Source: Octopus bimaculoides (taxonomy: Eukaryota). From it: a DNA stretch of 63,962 nucleotides. Under the pieces are notes generated by a model, which worked only from the letters and a program-made list of their open reading frames with translations, was not told the origin of the DNA and made no database searches. Position 1 is the first letter of the stretch; each line of letters starts with the position of its first letter. The stretch is taken from contig NC_068983.1 in assembly GCF_001194135.2 (NCBI RefSeq), forward strand, positions 138,443,621 to 138,507,582, given 5' to 3'. This document shows positions 39,340 to 53,500 of the stretch, one piece after another. Position numbers and translations under genes: made by a program.

Positions 39340-39850
39340 TCATAGATATAGCATGCTCGTGCTGACAACAAGGTATGCGATAAGGAAGAAAGAACAGTCG
39401 ACAGGTATGGCATCTATCTTCTGGGTCATTCTTCGCTCGACCAAGAACTGCAGGTCTGTCAAACAGCTGGGGTAAAATGCATTCGACAGACGGAGGCCGC
39501 ACAAGTTCACTAAAGAAGTCCTAGAGACGTACTAATATCACTGCAAGTTTGCCAATCACTATCGATGTCATGCCATATACTTGACGCGGCGGTTGTAAAA
39601 CGGTAATCATCCCTTCCACAAAAAGCGGGTAGCATCCCTTCTATAAGAAACGGTAAGTCAGATACTCCAGGATGGTCGCATGAACGTCGACAAAGCACCA
39701 CAGCCAAGCTTCTATACATGACGGATGTAACAAAGCCCTCACCAGCCTTTCCCGAAACTTAGGGATAGCATCGTATCGGCCCATTTCTGGGTGAGAGCCG
39801 TCGTTGTGCTTGTCACCACGTCTCAGTTCTTGTTGAACGGAAAATATAGA
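39340..39850 (-). mobile_element. Tx1/L1-clade ORF2 fragment, opposite orientation
   Basis: Minus-strand QKWADTMLSL, FLWKG*LPF and QPPRQVYGMTS parallel FLWKGWVPF..GGLGMPWL in the 44.5-46.7 kb copy. Confidence 0.6.
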
Positions 39851-40559
39851 AGAAAGCAGAGCCTGAGAAAATTAAATGATCCATCCCAAATAAATTACGT
39901 ATTTTGTCCAACGCAACCGAATCGAATGTTTTTCCAGTTCCAAGAAAAGAGGTGTCTTTGCTGAGCTTCCACTGTTCCTGTTCCTGCTACTGTTATTGTT
40001 ATTGCTGCTGCTGTTATTATCGCTGCTAGTGATGCTGTATTTGTGTATTACTAGTGTGGCGGTTGTGCCAATATTGCTACTACTTCGGTTTGTAACTAAT
40101 AGGGTACTATCTCTGGTAATTATTTCCTCCCAACTGCCGGTAATTTTGTTGGCGATTTTAGTGGTTTTACTGTTACTGTCTGCTGCTCTATTTCACACGT
40201 TGTCATTCCTACTGTTATTATTTTCATCTTTGATGCAGTTGTGACTGTACCTACCATTGCTGTTGGTGTTTATTTGGTTAATGTTATTGTTATTGATACT
40301 TATACTGCTGTTAGGCTTGCGGTCTAGTCCTTTCTACGACGGCAGTGCTGTATAGGTCTAGTTGTTGCAAGGTTTCGATAGTAAGCAACAGCTTCACTTT
40401 CAAAATCGCCTCATAAATACCTCTGAGGTTACTCCAGTTATAAGATGTAGTTACAATATTCTTAACTGGACACGAAATAAAGAATCAGAATGAGACAGAA
40501 AGAAAAAGAAAGTAAGAACTAGATCTAGAATACTCCACACAAAATCTGCTAAAATGATT

Positions 40560-41680
40560 ATGTAAACCACAAATGGAAGGCAGTAAGTAACCCTATACAT
40601 TAGAAAACAAGTATAAAATATTCCCCATTGGATTACTAGAATATCAAATTCAGAATCACAGACAAATGATACAAATAGCTACAAAATATGAGCAAAACAA
40701 AATAAAAGAACTATTTTCTGTGTTCAAGAATGTGGAAAACTGAGTACCATGTGTCACAATAACTGACAGCTATAAATAAAAATAAGAAGCAACAAAAACT
40801 GTAAAGCAGTGAAATCTAAGCTGAAACTGGAACTACAAAATGCAATGATAAAGCGATGAGAACAAAAGACTGAACATGGCAAATACGCTAAATAAAGTAG
40901 AAATAGACATCAAAAAATCCCAACACTGGTTGAAAAGAGCAGGATTCAGAGAAAGGATGGAAAGGCTATTAATTGCGATGCAATATCATAGGGTGGCGAG
41001 CTTTCCGAAATGCTTAGAGGTATTTCGTCTGTCTTTACGTTCTGAGTTCAAATTCCGCCGACGTCGACTTTGCCTTTCATCCTTTCGAGGTCGATAAATT
41101 AAGTACCAGTTGCGTACTGGGGCCGATGTAATCGACTGGCCCCCCTCCCTCAGACACCACATAAAAAATGAACGGAATAATGAAGCAGAATACAGTAATT
41201 TCATATTTGATGATCGACAAGAAACAGAATTATATTCTTTCTTGCTACCTAGATTTATCCAAGAAAGACTATGTCCACAGATACGATAGAAGTTGTGCTA
41301 GTACTATGTCATATCCATGAAAAGTTTACAGATAGTGTCAAAGCAACTGTCCGCCAGGATACACCGATACACATTTATAGGGAAATCAAGATTAACCGAC
41401 CAAATATTGTCATGAACCAAGGCGTATAACATAAGATTCCTAATCGCCATACCAATCCCTATAAATGACAGTGAGTCTCTAAAAGAATTGGAAAAACTGT
41501 TGGAATAAAAAAATATGGAAGCAGAATTAACCCTATTGTGGGCCCTGAAAACTGAAACCATCCTTATAACAGTAGGCTCTCTGGCAATAACAAAAACATG
41601 AAGACAAATATTTAAACAAACTCCTAGGTCTTACGAGTATATAATACAAAATGTGGGCGCAGAATCCTAAAATATTCTAA
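40560..41680 (+). mobile_element. Degenerate R4/Dong-like 3' half interrupted by a SINE
   Basis: KKSQHWLKRAG..ERLLIA (cf. SxxWL..GL..ETEG.LIAAQD) before the SINE, and RLE-like DQILS..IPNRHT..ETIL segments after it. Confidence 0.6.
40993..41150 (+). mobile_element. SINE family A copy
   Basis: ggcgagctttccgaaatgcttagaggtatttcgtctg..ctgagttcaaattccgccg..taagtaccagttgcgtactggg. Confidence 0.9.
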
Positions 41681-44468
41681 AGTATTGAACCTGGAAAAGT
41701 ACAAAACAAGTTGTAATTTAGTTTGGAAAAGTACAGGACAACGAGAAAAAGCTTAAGATATTGCTGCTGACGTTAGAATCTAAAAACTAAAATGGTAATA
41801 AATGCCCTTTTATATTTTTATTTTGCTTAAATGTTTAAATTAAAATACGCAAGAAATTTTATTTTCAGTTTTAGTGAAAAAACTAATTACCTGCAATTTT
41901 ACACATCAAAAATTCGATTTATATATTTAAAACATCAAATAGTAGCAATTTAAGCAAAATTGACAAATATAACACCGAAGTTTAAAAGAAAGACCCGAAA
42001 CCAAAGCGTTATTTTTACATTCTGCGCACAATTTGTTCATTAATTTTCATTTTTAAAAAATATTTTTCGAAATGTAAAAAAAAATATTTTGTTATCTGAT
42101 AAGGCAAACGTTAAAGTATTTAAAATCTTTTGTTTCCAAAAAAAAATCTGATTTTACTATATTTTACTCTTTTGAATTACATATATTCTACCTGAGTTTA
42201 ATTTTATAAAATGATATATGTGATTTAAAATGTTTGTATGAGTTTTGTTAAGAAAAAAACATACAAAAATAATATATAGTACTAAAATAAGACAGACATG
42301 TTTTAGTTTATTGGAAAAAAAAATTAAATAAAAAATATTAACTTCAATTTAAAAAAAAAAATTCCAATAAAAAGTAAAAAAAGTATAAAGAACAAAACAG
42401 TGTACACACTATCACTTGAACAATGTCAGAAATTTATTTGATAAATTCTAACATCAGCAGCAATTTTATAAATTTTTTTCTTGTTCTTTACTTTTCCAGA
42501 CTTAATAATTGCTTGTTCTATAGTTTCAAGGTTCAATACTTAAGAATATTCTAGGATACTGTGCTCGCATTTTTCCTTCTAGTCCATTTTTTCTGTAAGC
42601 AACGCTTCTATTATTATAATTATATTGACCTTTATAATTCGGAAATTATTCTATTGAAAATAAGATTTTATTCAAACATAGAGCTTGTTTTCACATAAAA
42701 ATAACAAAAGATTAATAGCAGCCTATCTGTTACAAATAAATATATTATTAAACATTTTTTTATTATGAATGTGTTATATTCTAATTAAATAAATAATAAT
42801 TTGTTTTTTCCATGAGTGAAACTATTTATTCTAATATTTTTAATATATAAATGATTTAATACATAAACAAAATGAGAAATTAATGTGACATCGCCAAAAT
42901 ACAAAACAATGTTTATGCTTAATATTCTTAGACAGGGCTCTCTCAAAAATATTCATTTGGATGAACTATTTCATTTGAGTTCAGATAATATGACGTTTCT
43001 CTTAAAAAGACAAAAATACGTTGATTTCTTAAAATTATTACCTCTTTTCGTCACTGAAAGACAAAATGTGTTTGGCAGCTAATATTTTGACAAGGTTTTC
43101 ATCATAAGATTCTGCTCATAGAGCACTTACATCCGAACTAATTCTCAAACGCTGAATAACTGTGAAAATAGCTTAGAGAATTGACTAAATACCTTTAGTA
43201 AACGGAAGAAATGGCTAGCAAGGTGATATAGAGGATCGAATCCCTACCTCTGAAACTCCAGCTAAGCGTGCTATAGTTTTAAGCTAAGCAACCTACGACA
43301 CTTGGTGCCATCTTTTATATCTTAAAATGACAAAAATGTTTTATTTTGTTAAAATGATCACCACTTTTTTAAAGCTAATTAATATTTTTGACGAGGTTTT
43401 CACCATAAGATTCATCTCATAGAACACCTTCCTTTGAACACAACTATTGAATAGCTGAGGTATTTTGATTCAAAATCAATTTTGAAGGTTACCATTTTTT
43501 GGCACTTAAAGCCACACAACATTTCTCCTATTTAACACTTTTAACGAGGTTTTCTCCAAGAGACTTTTCTCACTGCGCACATTCTTTTAAACCCAATTAA
43601 TCTATATTTTCTTTTAAAATAACTGACATTATAATTCAAAATCAATGTTTCGTCTTACTCTTCCATTTTCGATTTCACATATCTTGATCTAACTTTTTTC
43701 TAATGAACCAAATTTCAATTATTTCATCTCGAAATATAGTTGAAAACTGGATCATTATTGCTAAAAATATCGCATTCAATTTGGTTGAGAAGTGAATTAC
43801 TGATGAAGCCCAGACGTGCTTTCTAATATCTAAAAGTTGAACTTAATAATATATTCACCCATTTCTGTGGATGAATGATATATATATATATATATANNNN
43901 NNNNNNNNNNNNNNNNNNNNNNNNNNNNNNNNNNNNNNNNNNNNNNNNNNNNNNNNNNNNNNNNNNNNNNNNNNNNNNNNNNNNNNNNNNNNNNNNNNNN
44001 NNNNNNNNNNNNNNNNNNNNNNNNNNNNNNNNNNNNNNNNNNNNNNNNNNNNNNNNNNNNNNNNNNNNNNNNNNNNNNNNNNNNNNNNNNNNNNNNNNNN
44101 NNNNNNNNNNNNNNNNNNNNNNNNNNNNNNNNNNNNNNNNNNNNNNNNNNNNNNNNNNNNNNNNNNNNNNNNNNNNNNNNNNNNNNNNNNNNNNNNNNNN
44201 NNNNNNNNNNNNNNNNNNNNNNNNNNNNNNNNNNNNNNNNNNNNNNNNNNNNNNNNNNNNNNNNNNNNNNNNNNNNNNNNNNNNNNNNNNNNNNNNNNNN
44301 NNNNNNNNNNNNNNNNNNNNNNNNNNNNNNNNNNNNNNNNNNNNNNNNNNNNNNNNNNNNNNNNNNNNNNNNNNNNNNNNNNNNNNNNNNNNNNNNNNNN
44401 NNNNNNNNNNNNNNNNNNNNNNNNNNNNNNNNNNNNNNNNNNNNNNNNNNNNNNNNNNNNNNNNNNNN

Positions 44469-44510
<42 letters not shown>

Positions 44511-44513
<3 letters not shown>

Positions 44514-46670
44514 TTGGTGGTCCTAGATGTAAGCAAGAACAAAAGTGGTGCTTTTAGACTAGTCATTTTGTACGCCCGACTGGGGAGTGGTAACTGGATT
44601 TCTTCATATATTTGGAGGTTTTCCTTGGGATGTATCACTCTATAGTTCTAGTGGGCGATTGGAACACCATCTTCGACGCGTGCCTGCATAGGGTGGGGCT
44701 AGTTAACAGAAACGTGACTAGTAAAAGCGTCATAAACCTATTTAGTTACTTCCAATTGGCTGACAATTCCCGAATGGATCAATGTGGACATGAGCAAACA
44801 ACATCGGTATCTTCCAGACCGTATCTAGATAGGGTATTCTGTAGCCTAGTAGCTAGAACTAGCATAAATTGTCCACAATTCAAGGTCGTCGGCTACACAG
44901 ACCACAAATTTGTGATCTGTACGGTCGACTTAGATACAGAACTGTACGGAGCGCGCTGTGGATCGGTGACGGGAATGGATTTCATCTCCCCCCTCTATAA
45001 AATGTTACACCTTTCTGTCAGGGGTGGAATCCTGATCAATTTGTATCAATCAAAAGGGTCTACCACCAGTATTTGGAGACTGTACTTGCGGCGGCTAATT
45101 TTGGTCCTATTTTCAGATGCCGGATCGCTTCAATGTACAACATCTGCTCCGTGGTCAATGTAACTGCCACTTACTAGAATCGTTTACCGTTCGGTGCATC
45201 AAGGACGTACCCTCTCGCTGCTTCTGAATATGCAGGTTCTCGACTCATTACCACGGAAACTGGATGTTCAAGGGTCATCCCGCGTGAACTAGGATGCAAA
45301 ATGTTCGTTTCAGATTATGCGGACGACGCCACCGTAATATTGTCTGACATCTCGGAAATGGAAGTGATCGGTTCTACTTTAAGTGAGTACCAAGCGGTAA
45401 CTGGCGCAAAGATTAACTAGGAGAAATCGATGGCCCAGCAGTTCAGCACATAAAAAGGCAGGTCCATGCCATCCGAAAGCTTCGTAAGATGCTGGATTGA
45501 AGGACTGGTTAAATTGCTCAGTGTCTCGTGTGGTCCGGACTACCAAGTGGACAGGAACTAGAGACGGTGGCGAGCAGGATGTCCGGTCTCACCCAGAAAT
45601 AGAGTAAGAAGTTGCCCCTGAAAGGTAGGGCAGACGTGGTGAATGTGTACATCACTTCCGTCATCTACTACCACCTGACCTTTTTGTTGCCCTGCTTTGT
45701 TGCTGATCAAGCTGCAGCGCTTACTCTTCTGCTTTCTATGGAAGGGATGGGTTCCATTTATTTGCTGTCAGCAACTACTGCGCGGAGGGCTGGGCATGCC
45801 ATGGCTAATGATGCGCATACATGTACTGAGGCTGCTTAAGATCCAATGTTTCATGGATAGCAGACGGTTATGGTCGACATTGGTTAGAGAATAGTTTCCG
45901 CAGCTCGTCTCATTGACGGAGATGTGGTCCTGGATTAAGTGTAGACCAAGAAAGGGCGGAGTTTCAGCAGATGCTCACACCTCACTACCAGTCGAGTAAT
46001 GTATTTGGTGGGACTTCTACATCGGAGTTCTATAGAGAATTAGTAGCGTGCAGGAGCGACAACATCCTTGGAAAATTCTGGGTGTCGGGTGAATTAGCTG
46101 GTCTTTTCTGAGGCATTTTCAGGCCGGGGCCAATGGATTGGAGGCTCTGCCAGTTCTAGACAAGCTCTAAAACACGGAAGTGCTGTCGGCATTGAATCGG
46201 TGTTGCATGCACATTGAATATCACCCCACCGGCCTCCTTTGGCCGGGAAGGGCAGGCAGTTTTCCTCTGTCTGGTGGCTATGGCGAAAGCGGTAGTGCAG
46301 GGGACACGTTTTTCGACTAAGCCCCCAACGACTTTTTAAAGTTCCATTTGAAAAGGAAATTGAAGGTGGAAAGGGAAGCGCTGCCCCACAATATTCATGC
46401 TGAACGGCCAGCAAAAGTTGTAAGCCTGAGAGGATGAGGAAGAGAGATCCTCCCAATTGGGGTGCCCTCGGCGATCGAGGTGATCAGCTTATGTGGATTT
46501 CCTTGGTTGTCCCTGGCTGGAACTCCCGCATTTTGGTTTTTTTTAATGTTTAAAATTGTTAATTGTTATTGTTTTACTGTATACACGTATTTTTGTATTA
46601 AGCCCCACTTGTTCGTTGCTTTTGGATCGTCCTTTTGTTTTGTGTTCAGCCTTTGTGGCCAATAAAGAAA
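44511..46670 (+). mobile_element. Tx1/L1-clade LINE ORF2 remnant with internal deletions
   Basis: APE motifs (LVGDWN, YLDRVF, YTDHKFV), RT (YADDATV, GAKIN.EKS), LPLKGRADVVN, GGLGMP, ALPVLDKL..ESVLHA; AATAAA at 46661. Confidence 0.85.
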
Positions 46671-47393
46671 AGATTATCCACTTCCTCCTCCTCCTTCTGA
46701 TCATCATCATCATTATTATCNNNNNNNNNNNNNNNNNNNNNNNNNNNNNNNNNNNNNNNNNNNNNNNNNNNNNNNNNNNNNNNNNNNNNNNNNNNNNNNN
46801 NNNNNNNNNNNNNNNNNNNNNNNNNNNNNNNNNNNNACCAATATCATCATCATCATCATTATTAATATCATTTTTATTATTTATAGAAATAATAATAATT
46901 ATTGTTGTTCTTGTAACCGTATTATACACCCGAATATTCATTGGTGATTATCATATGCACGTATAATTTACTTGTCAAAGGATAATATCTGTATTGATAA
47001 AAATACACCCTGTAATTGTAGATATCTGAAACTTTTATCTGCTACAGTTCCTGTGAAAGACTTCCACACCACTGATAAGGAATATATTTGTCTGAAATTA
47101 TCAGCTGCATTGCTTTTGTTTGGGTGCTTCAAGCATAGAATTCTCCAGCGTTCTGTTATTCATTCTTGCAATGATCTCTGCTGCACAATATATCATTTAA
47201 TTGTTCAGTGATTCATTCGTGCCAAGAGGTCAGAATTTATTATTGCTATTGTTTGTTTTATTTATCTCGTTACTCTTCTACTTCTTCAGAATCGTTAAAG
47301 TGCCGGACAAAATTTCTTGCAATGTTTAGTTTCGATGCAATATATTACATGTTCAAATCCTGCGGAAATCAATTTTGCTTTTCTTTCTCTCTG

Positions 47394-47433
<40 letters not shown>

Positions 47434-47770
47434 TCAGTATCGATGAAAATTGCGTCATAGTTATTGTTGCTTACTTACATGTTAGCCCTGTCTGACTATA
47501 TGCATGACCAAATGCTGTCCATTCATGACCACCATGTCTTTTATACAAGCACATTGTAGTAAGAACGAACCTTACTGCCTACTATTCAATGTTACAAAGT
47601 AAGTAGAAGAGCTTCTAGAGCTATTTATCGCAAATCGAATATTTATTGTGAGGTTCTCTTAGAACGCGTTTCTTGTTGGAGACAAATATTCATTAAATCG
47701 ACGACAGCAAATCCAACTGTGTGTGCTTGAGTAAAACGTAAAAATCATCACAAGCGTTGTTGTTGTTGGA

Positions 47771-47801
<31 letters not shown>

Positions 47802-47959
47802 CTTCTTCTTCTTCTTCTTCTTCTTCTTCTTCTTCTTCTTCTTCTTCTTCTTCTTCATATTATATCAGTTAGCAAGGATGTTCTCTTGAGGCTTTGTGAC
47901 AATTAGTCCTAAGAGTCTTTCTTAGGGTTCTTGCAGAATAGAGGATTGTTCTTTTCTTC

Positions 47960-50010
47960 AGGTCGATGATTAGGTTTAATATCTGATTTATGATGCGCAA
48001 AACACATAATTCATCTCAAGCAGTTCTATCCACGACAATCTTCAGCTGATGCGGTACATCGTAAAAGCAGGCGGGTAACAATCTAGGCATAATTTGATCA
48101 AGTAAAAGCCTTCGGTAGGGTCAACCACAGGGGTAGGAATCACAATGTCCACTTTCAGATCCGTATTCCGCAGCTGCATTACTGCAATGTACGGGGATAT
48201 CTCTTCGGTAATTAGAGTGAATAGTTATCTAGCCAGACAATTGAGTACCCTGAGCTCGATTTGTCAAGTTTGTCTCCTCTCGTCGCTTGTGTATGTACTG
48301 ATTCTGGAGCCACTGTCGCGAAGACTGGAGACGTCAAAGGGATTCTAGCAAGAAGTTGGACGTGTGTGAACTGTCGGCATACAGGGACAACATCGCCACT
48401 CCAGCTTAGGACATCATACACATAGGCCAGATCACCACTGATCTAAAGGAATACTAGGTGGTGAAAAGCAAATCAAGCAAGAAAAACTTAGTGGACCTGC
48501 AACACGGCAGTAGAAAAGACACGTCCATGGCATCCCATAGCGTTGTGAGACGCTAGACAGACGGACCGGTTAGGTTCTGAAGGATCTGTTTTGGGTCAGA
48601 TCTCCAAGTAGAGAAGAACTGGGACGAGGTGACGTGCAGGGTAGCCTATCTCACACACAAATGGGCTGAGAGAAAGCTTTCCTTGAAAGGTAGGGTACAC
48701 GTGATGAATACATATATATTACCCCCTGACTAGCGTGTCTGACCAAACTAGAGGGCGTATTCTTTGACTTCCGGTCGAAACGACCCAGTTCCATTGGTCA
48801 GTACTTCATTTGTTGTCAACACCCACCGAGTAAAAAACAAGACATGCCGTAGCTGATGTTACACAGAAATGCACTGAGGAAGTGTTTTCTTGATCGACAG
48901 CAGAGCAGGTGTGGTTACCGTTCGTCATCCTCGCTTTTTCGCAACTCAACTCTTTGACTGAGTTGCCGTCATGGATCAAGCATAAATCGAGATACGGTGC
49001 GTGACACCTATGCAGGTGAACACAGTGCAGACAGGTGCTTACAGCCCTTTGTCAATTGCGCAATCTTGTCAATGTCGAAATTGGGATGGAGGGGTATTGC
49101 CAGTTCGAGATAAACTGGGCAACTGTAGAAGTACCGTTAGTCGGGTCTATTCTAGATGCACAGAGAGCGGGGAAGCAGTTCTGTATGAAGTTGTCCAGTT
49201 CCCGACCATTGCTGACTTATGAGTTAATGTGGAATACCTACTGTCGCGTATGGTACAGATCCAGCTATTTACTGTGTCCATTGCAAATATCACATCGCCG
49301 TCTTCCTTTGTTCAGGAAGGACAATGTGTGTTTTAGTAAGCGTAAGTAGTTGTGTGGTGGTCTAGATTGAAAGGGCTGAAGACAGACAACTTCCTCATTG
49401 GTCATGCCCTCAATTTCCACTTGAAAAGGGAACTGAGACTGGAGAGCGGTATGCTACTTTTCAGCAAATTTGTTGAAATTTGGGTGAATAAAGCAAGGTC
49501 GGCCTAAGTGAACGGATCAAGTGTAAACACAGACTGGGTGTAGACGGGGTAGTCAAGTGCTTACAGCTCTCTTCCCATTGGGCAATGTGGTCGATAGAAG
49601 GTCGACATTGGTGTTCTGTATAGGTTTAGTGGCGGAGAAGAGCGATGTCATTCTCGTGAAGAGTTTGGGCGTATATGAGAATCAACTCACTCGACTCGTC
49701 TAAGGATTTCGGGCCAGAGCCCACAGATAATTTTCACAAATTTCTGAGCTGCTAGTGCGCCTATACAATGAAGTAAATGGGCACTTTACCTAGTGGCGAG
49801 GAGGACTGTGTATTTATGTGGTTTCCACGAGCAGTCCTTAGAGGTATCCCCTCTTTGGGGGAATTAGCATTTTTGCTTCTTTTGTGTTGTTTTTTTATTC
49901 TTTACACACATTGATATAACCGCACATGATATTGCATAATATAGTGTATTGTAACTTCCTGTACAGTCCTCAAACTGCCTGCTAATAAAGAATTTATTTT
50001 TATTATTATT
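47960..50010 (+). mobile_element. Second Tx1/L1-clade LINE remnant
   Basis: IRVNSYL, LVYVLILEPL, LSLKGRVHV, VLPVRDKL..EAVLY; ends ctaataaagaatttattttttatt. Confidence 0.8.
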
Positions 50011-50099
50011 TCTCTCCTTCACCAGTTTCTGTAGATTACACTTTTCTGGTGAAGACCAACAAACATTTCCTTAGCTGCCCCTATGAAAATTTCTCTTAA

Positions 50100-51700
50100 G
50101 AATTGAAATTAATTTTAAAAATAAATTATCAATTTCTAGCTTGTTATGCTGAAACTGAAGTTCCGAGTCGGGATAACCAGTGTATTTATACTTAAAAATC
50201 TTGTTTTCTGCATTGAATGTGGCCTTTGAAATTTTTGCTTTTAGTTATGTGTCTCGTATCTTGTCATATTCATCTACATCTAAGACATGGGCTTAGCAAG
50301 TTTGCCTACACAGAAAGTTGGTTTCATTCGATACTCATTCGCTACATATATGAGCACGTTGTATACAGTTTTTCCTCTGCGTATTATCCTTTGTGAATAT
50401 TTTGAAGTTATCCATAATGCGGTTATGGTTAACATTTTGCATGTAGTACCCATAACTCCTGGTGTTTCTAGTCAGATTATTTCTGAATGACATTAGATTT
50501 AGACAGAAAAATGCAGTGGATATAGGGTTAGTTATAATTACGCTATCTTTAAAAGAGTATTATAATTTACGTGAAGCGTCGTAGTATGTATAACTAAATT
50601 AAATGCTTACAAAAACATTTGAACAATACCAGTGAAGAGTTAAACAAAATATTTCACATGGTGTCAATGGGGACAAAAAGAGGAAAAAGATTGTATAAAC
50701 CTTACATAAGTTGTTTTGCTTAATGTTCCTATAATATTTCGGAAAACAATCCCTTTTCAAATAGAAGAAAGAAAATAATCAGTGTTCAGAGAAATGTGTT
50801 GTTTTCGAGAGACCATTCTAGTGTATTCTCTTTGCCTTGTAGTAAACGGTTGTTTTTCACATTTACATGGTATGTTTGATGTATTTATTAGTACTAAAGT
50901 TATTTTATGTGGAGTCTTTCTAATATACATTGCTTGTTAAATCTTTCAGTATTGATTCAAATAACGTGTTCGACAATAAACAACAATGTTTATCGCAACG
51001 ACTTAATTTAGATACTTTTACTGATACGTTTCTATTTTCCTCCGAGCGCGGTCATTATATTTTTTTAGTTAGCTTTTCTTCAATTTTTTTCTCTTTCTGT
51101 CTGTTAGGGTCCTCTTTTTTTCATTTCACTAACTAAAGATAGTTTTCTTCCGTTTTGTTTCAGTTCTAAGAAGTATATTTTCTAACAATATTATTTTGAT
51201 TTTATTCTTTCATGAAATTTCTTGTTCCAGTATAGCTTTGGTAAATGTTTACGTTAAACCATGTTCATCGATTGTGTTGTCTTCTATCCCCTTGAGCAAT
51301 CCTGTTAGATCTTTTTCTATGCGGCCAATACTGTTTGCTGTAAAATGTCGAGTCAAGTGTATATTTTATCTGTCATTATGCATTTGTTTGACTATTTCAC
51401 ACCAGATTGTATGGTTTTTATAGTAATTTTGTATTTCAATTATTTTTCATCTGTAGCTCTTTTTGGGATTTATAACTTGTTTGAATTTTGTGCACTAGAT
51501 TCTGTAGCGTTTTACTATTTATAGAGCTAACGTGTTGTAGTTTTGATCATCTCTATTATTTTCCTTGTTTTTTTTTCTTTTGTTGAGGTTTTCTGTGATG
51601 CTTTCTGTGCGGTGTGTATAATGTGATTCATTCATCAGTTTGCAGTAAATCAAACATTTTTTGTGTAGCCGTTTTTGTTATATTTTCCCTCTTGACTTGC
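50100..51700 (-). mobile_element. Highly degenerate RTE-like LINE remnant
   Basis: Minus-strand KAKISKATFN (cf. RIxxAKxAF) and A-rich coding-like composition; heavily decayed. Confidence 0.35.
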
Positions 51701-52559
51701 TGATACACTTTTAGCAGGAAATATGTGAGGATGAGGGTCAAAATCACAGATATTGGCAATGGCGGTCAGTTTTGACTTTTCTTTTATCGTTGTACAGTAT
51801 GGAATGTTAGAAACTGCTGAGATCAAGATGAATCACGTGTAATCGTGTAGGGCTTTATTAAACATAAGTCCACCGAATCCTACAAAACCATTTTAGAAAT
51901 GTTATTGTTGCTATTTATCAGGCGTTTCTCTTTCTCCTACGCATTATAACTGCTGTGGCAGTTGTAGACGTGAATATATTAAATGCAAGTCTGGTAGTTT
52001 AGCGCAGGAATCCAAAACAGAAAGAAAAATAGCAGATGCTGCAGCAATAACTAAAAAGCTCAGATACTATGATTTTCAGAACAATAACTGTAGAAACTCC
52101 GAAATTGTGAAACGCGATCATTCCTCTCCCAGTACCGGGAGCCTAACCAAAAGCCCCAAACATTTCTTCTCCGTCGATGGTCAGCGGTTTCAGTCAAGGA
52201 CTTAGTGAAGAAAGAGAGTGGTAAGTAGTGGCAACACCAATCTCAGATCCACGAACGGCCGGAGAATCCATCACGTCCTCGGTCCTAGAATACGGGGAGT
52301 AGATACCATCTTCTCGTACAATGAACAGTGTCAACTCATCCTCTTACAATATTCGGGAATAATAGAAGTTGGGGATGACAATAAAATTATCAGAAAATAA
52401 AGGACAAAGTGGACCTAGCGAAAGTGAAGTTGGCATCAATTTAAATACACATAAGAGAATAGCGGCAACAAAAGTTCAAACTCATAGTCGTTCGGTGTAC
52501 AAATCGGTGCCTCTTGGGGGAGAAGATGAATGAAAGAAAGAGTGATATATTAGCTGGCG

Positions 52560-53500
52560 AGAAGAAAATAGGGCAAGATTACAATAAATTCTTTAAAAAG
52601 ACATTACCAGAAATTTGTCACATATTAAGCACGAATATCCACAAGACGCTGATTGTGTCAGAGGGGTTAGATTTTTCACGTTCCAGCATTACTACCCATC
52701 CAAAAACGAGGGTAACGACGAAATTGAATTTGAGTGGCAGACAATTTCAGGCAAAACGATGAAAAATAAGAAAATAAAATGCAATCTTAGAAAAAAGCCC
52801 TTTCAAGTGATTATAGGAATGTTCGAACTCAGGATCTAATACAATTTCATATTTGCCACAAGTAAGGTCAACGAAGTTATTTTCTGTTTAATATTCGTCT
52901 TTCTCAGGAGACAATAAAGTTTTGTACTACTAGTCAATAAAGATTTGATCTATCCCAACACGGTAAGGAAACCACTTCGGCTGCTGACACGTTTCAAAGA
53001 ATCATTCAAGTGACCTTTCCAGAGCATAAGCCTTGCCTAGATATATATGACGCTTTTGGATTGTCCTGAGATCAGAATATCTTCTCTGGTGTGATGGAAA
53101 GGGGTTGAAAAACAGTATGTGCCTTCTACTTTCATTTCGTTACAAGAGTTTCTAGACGAATTCGCAGGAGAACACAAAATCGAATTAAGGCTTTTACTCT
53201 GGAATTAGTATGAGGTTTACTCCCTAGTTGTTCGTCCCAGGGCACAGAAGTTATTCACTATAGCTGTAGTTTCATGATACTCGGGAGAAGCCTAAACTCG
53301 GTCCTTCTAACTTGAGCCAACTAAATCTGAGGTTCATGCCTTGGATGGACGTAAGCTTTGAAGTAATGGCTGATGTCACTACTCATGTCATGACAAAGGA
53401 TTGTTCGAATTGTCGAGTGAGCTAGAACATATTCATCTGAGCAATATATTAATGGACCGGAGCTAAGGCATGAAAACTAGAAACACTTGGAAGATAAAAT
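52560..53500 (+). mobile_element. Degenerate R2-superfamily (NeSL/Utopia/HERO-like) RT remnant
   Basis: IEFEWQTIS, LVNKDLIYP and CLDIYDAFG (cf. WLDL.NAFGS) in collinear order; catalytic DD not intact. Confidence 0.4.

Noticed and set aside
46094-46456. 120-aa minus-strand ORF as an independent gene
   Set aside because: It is antisense to the Tx1 ORF2 C-terminal region (LPVLDKL..ESVLHA on the plus strand).
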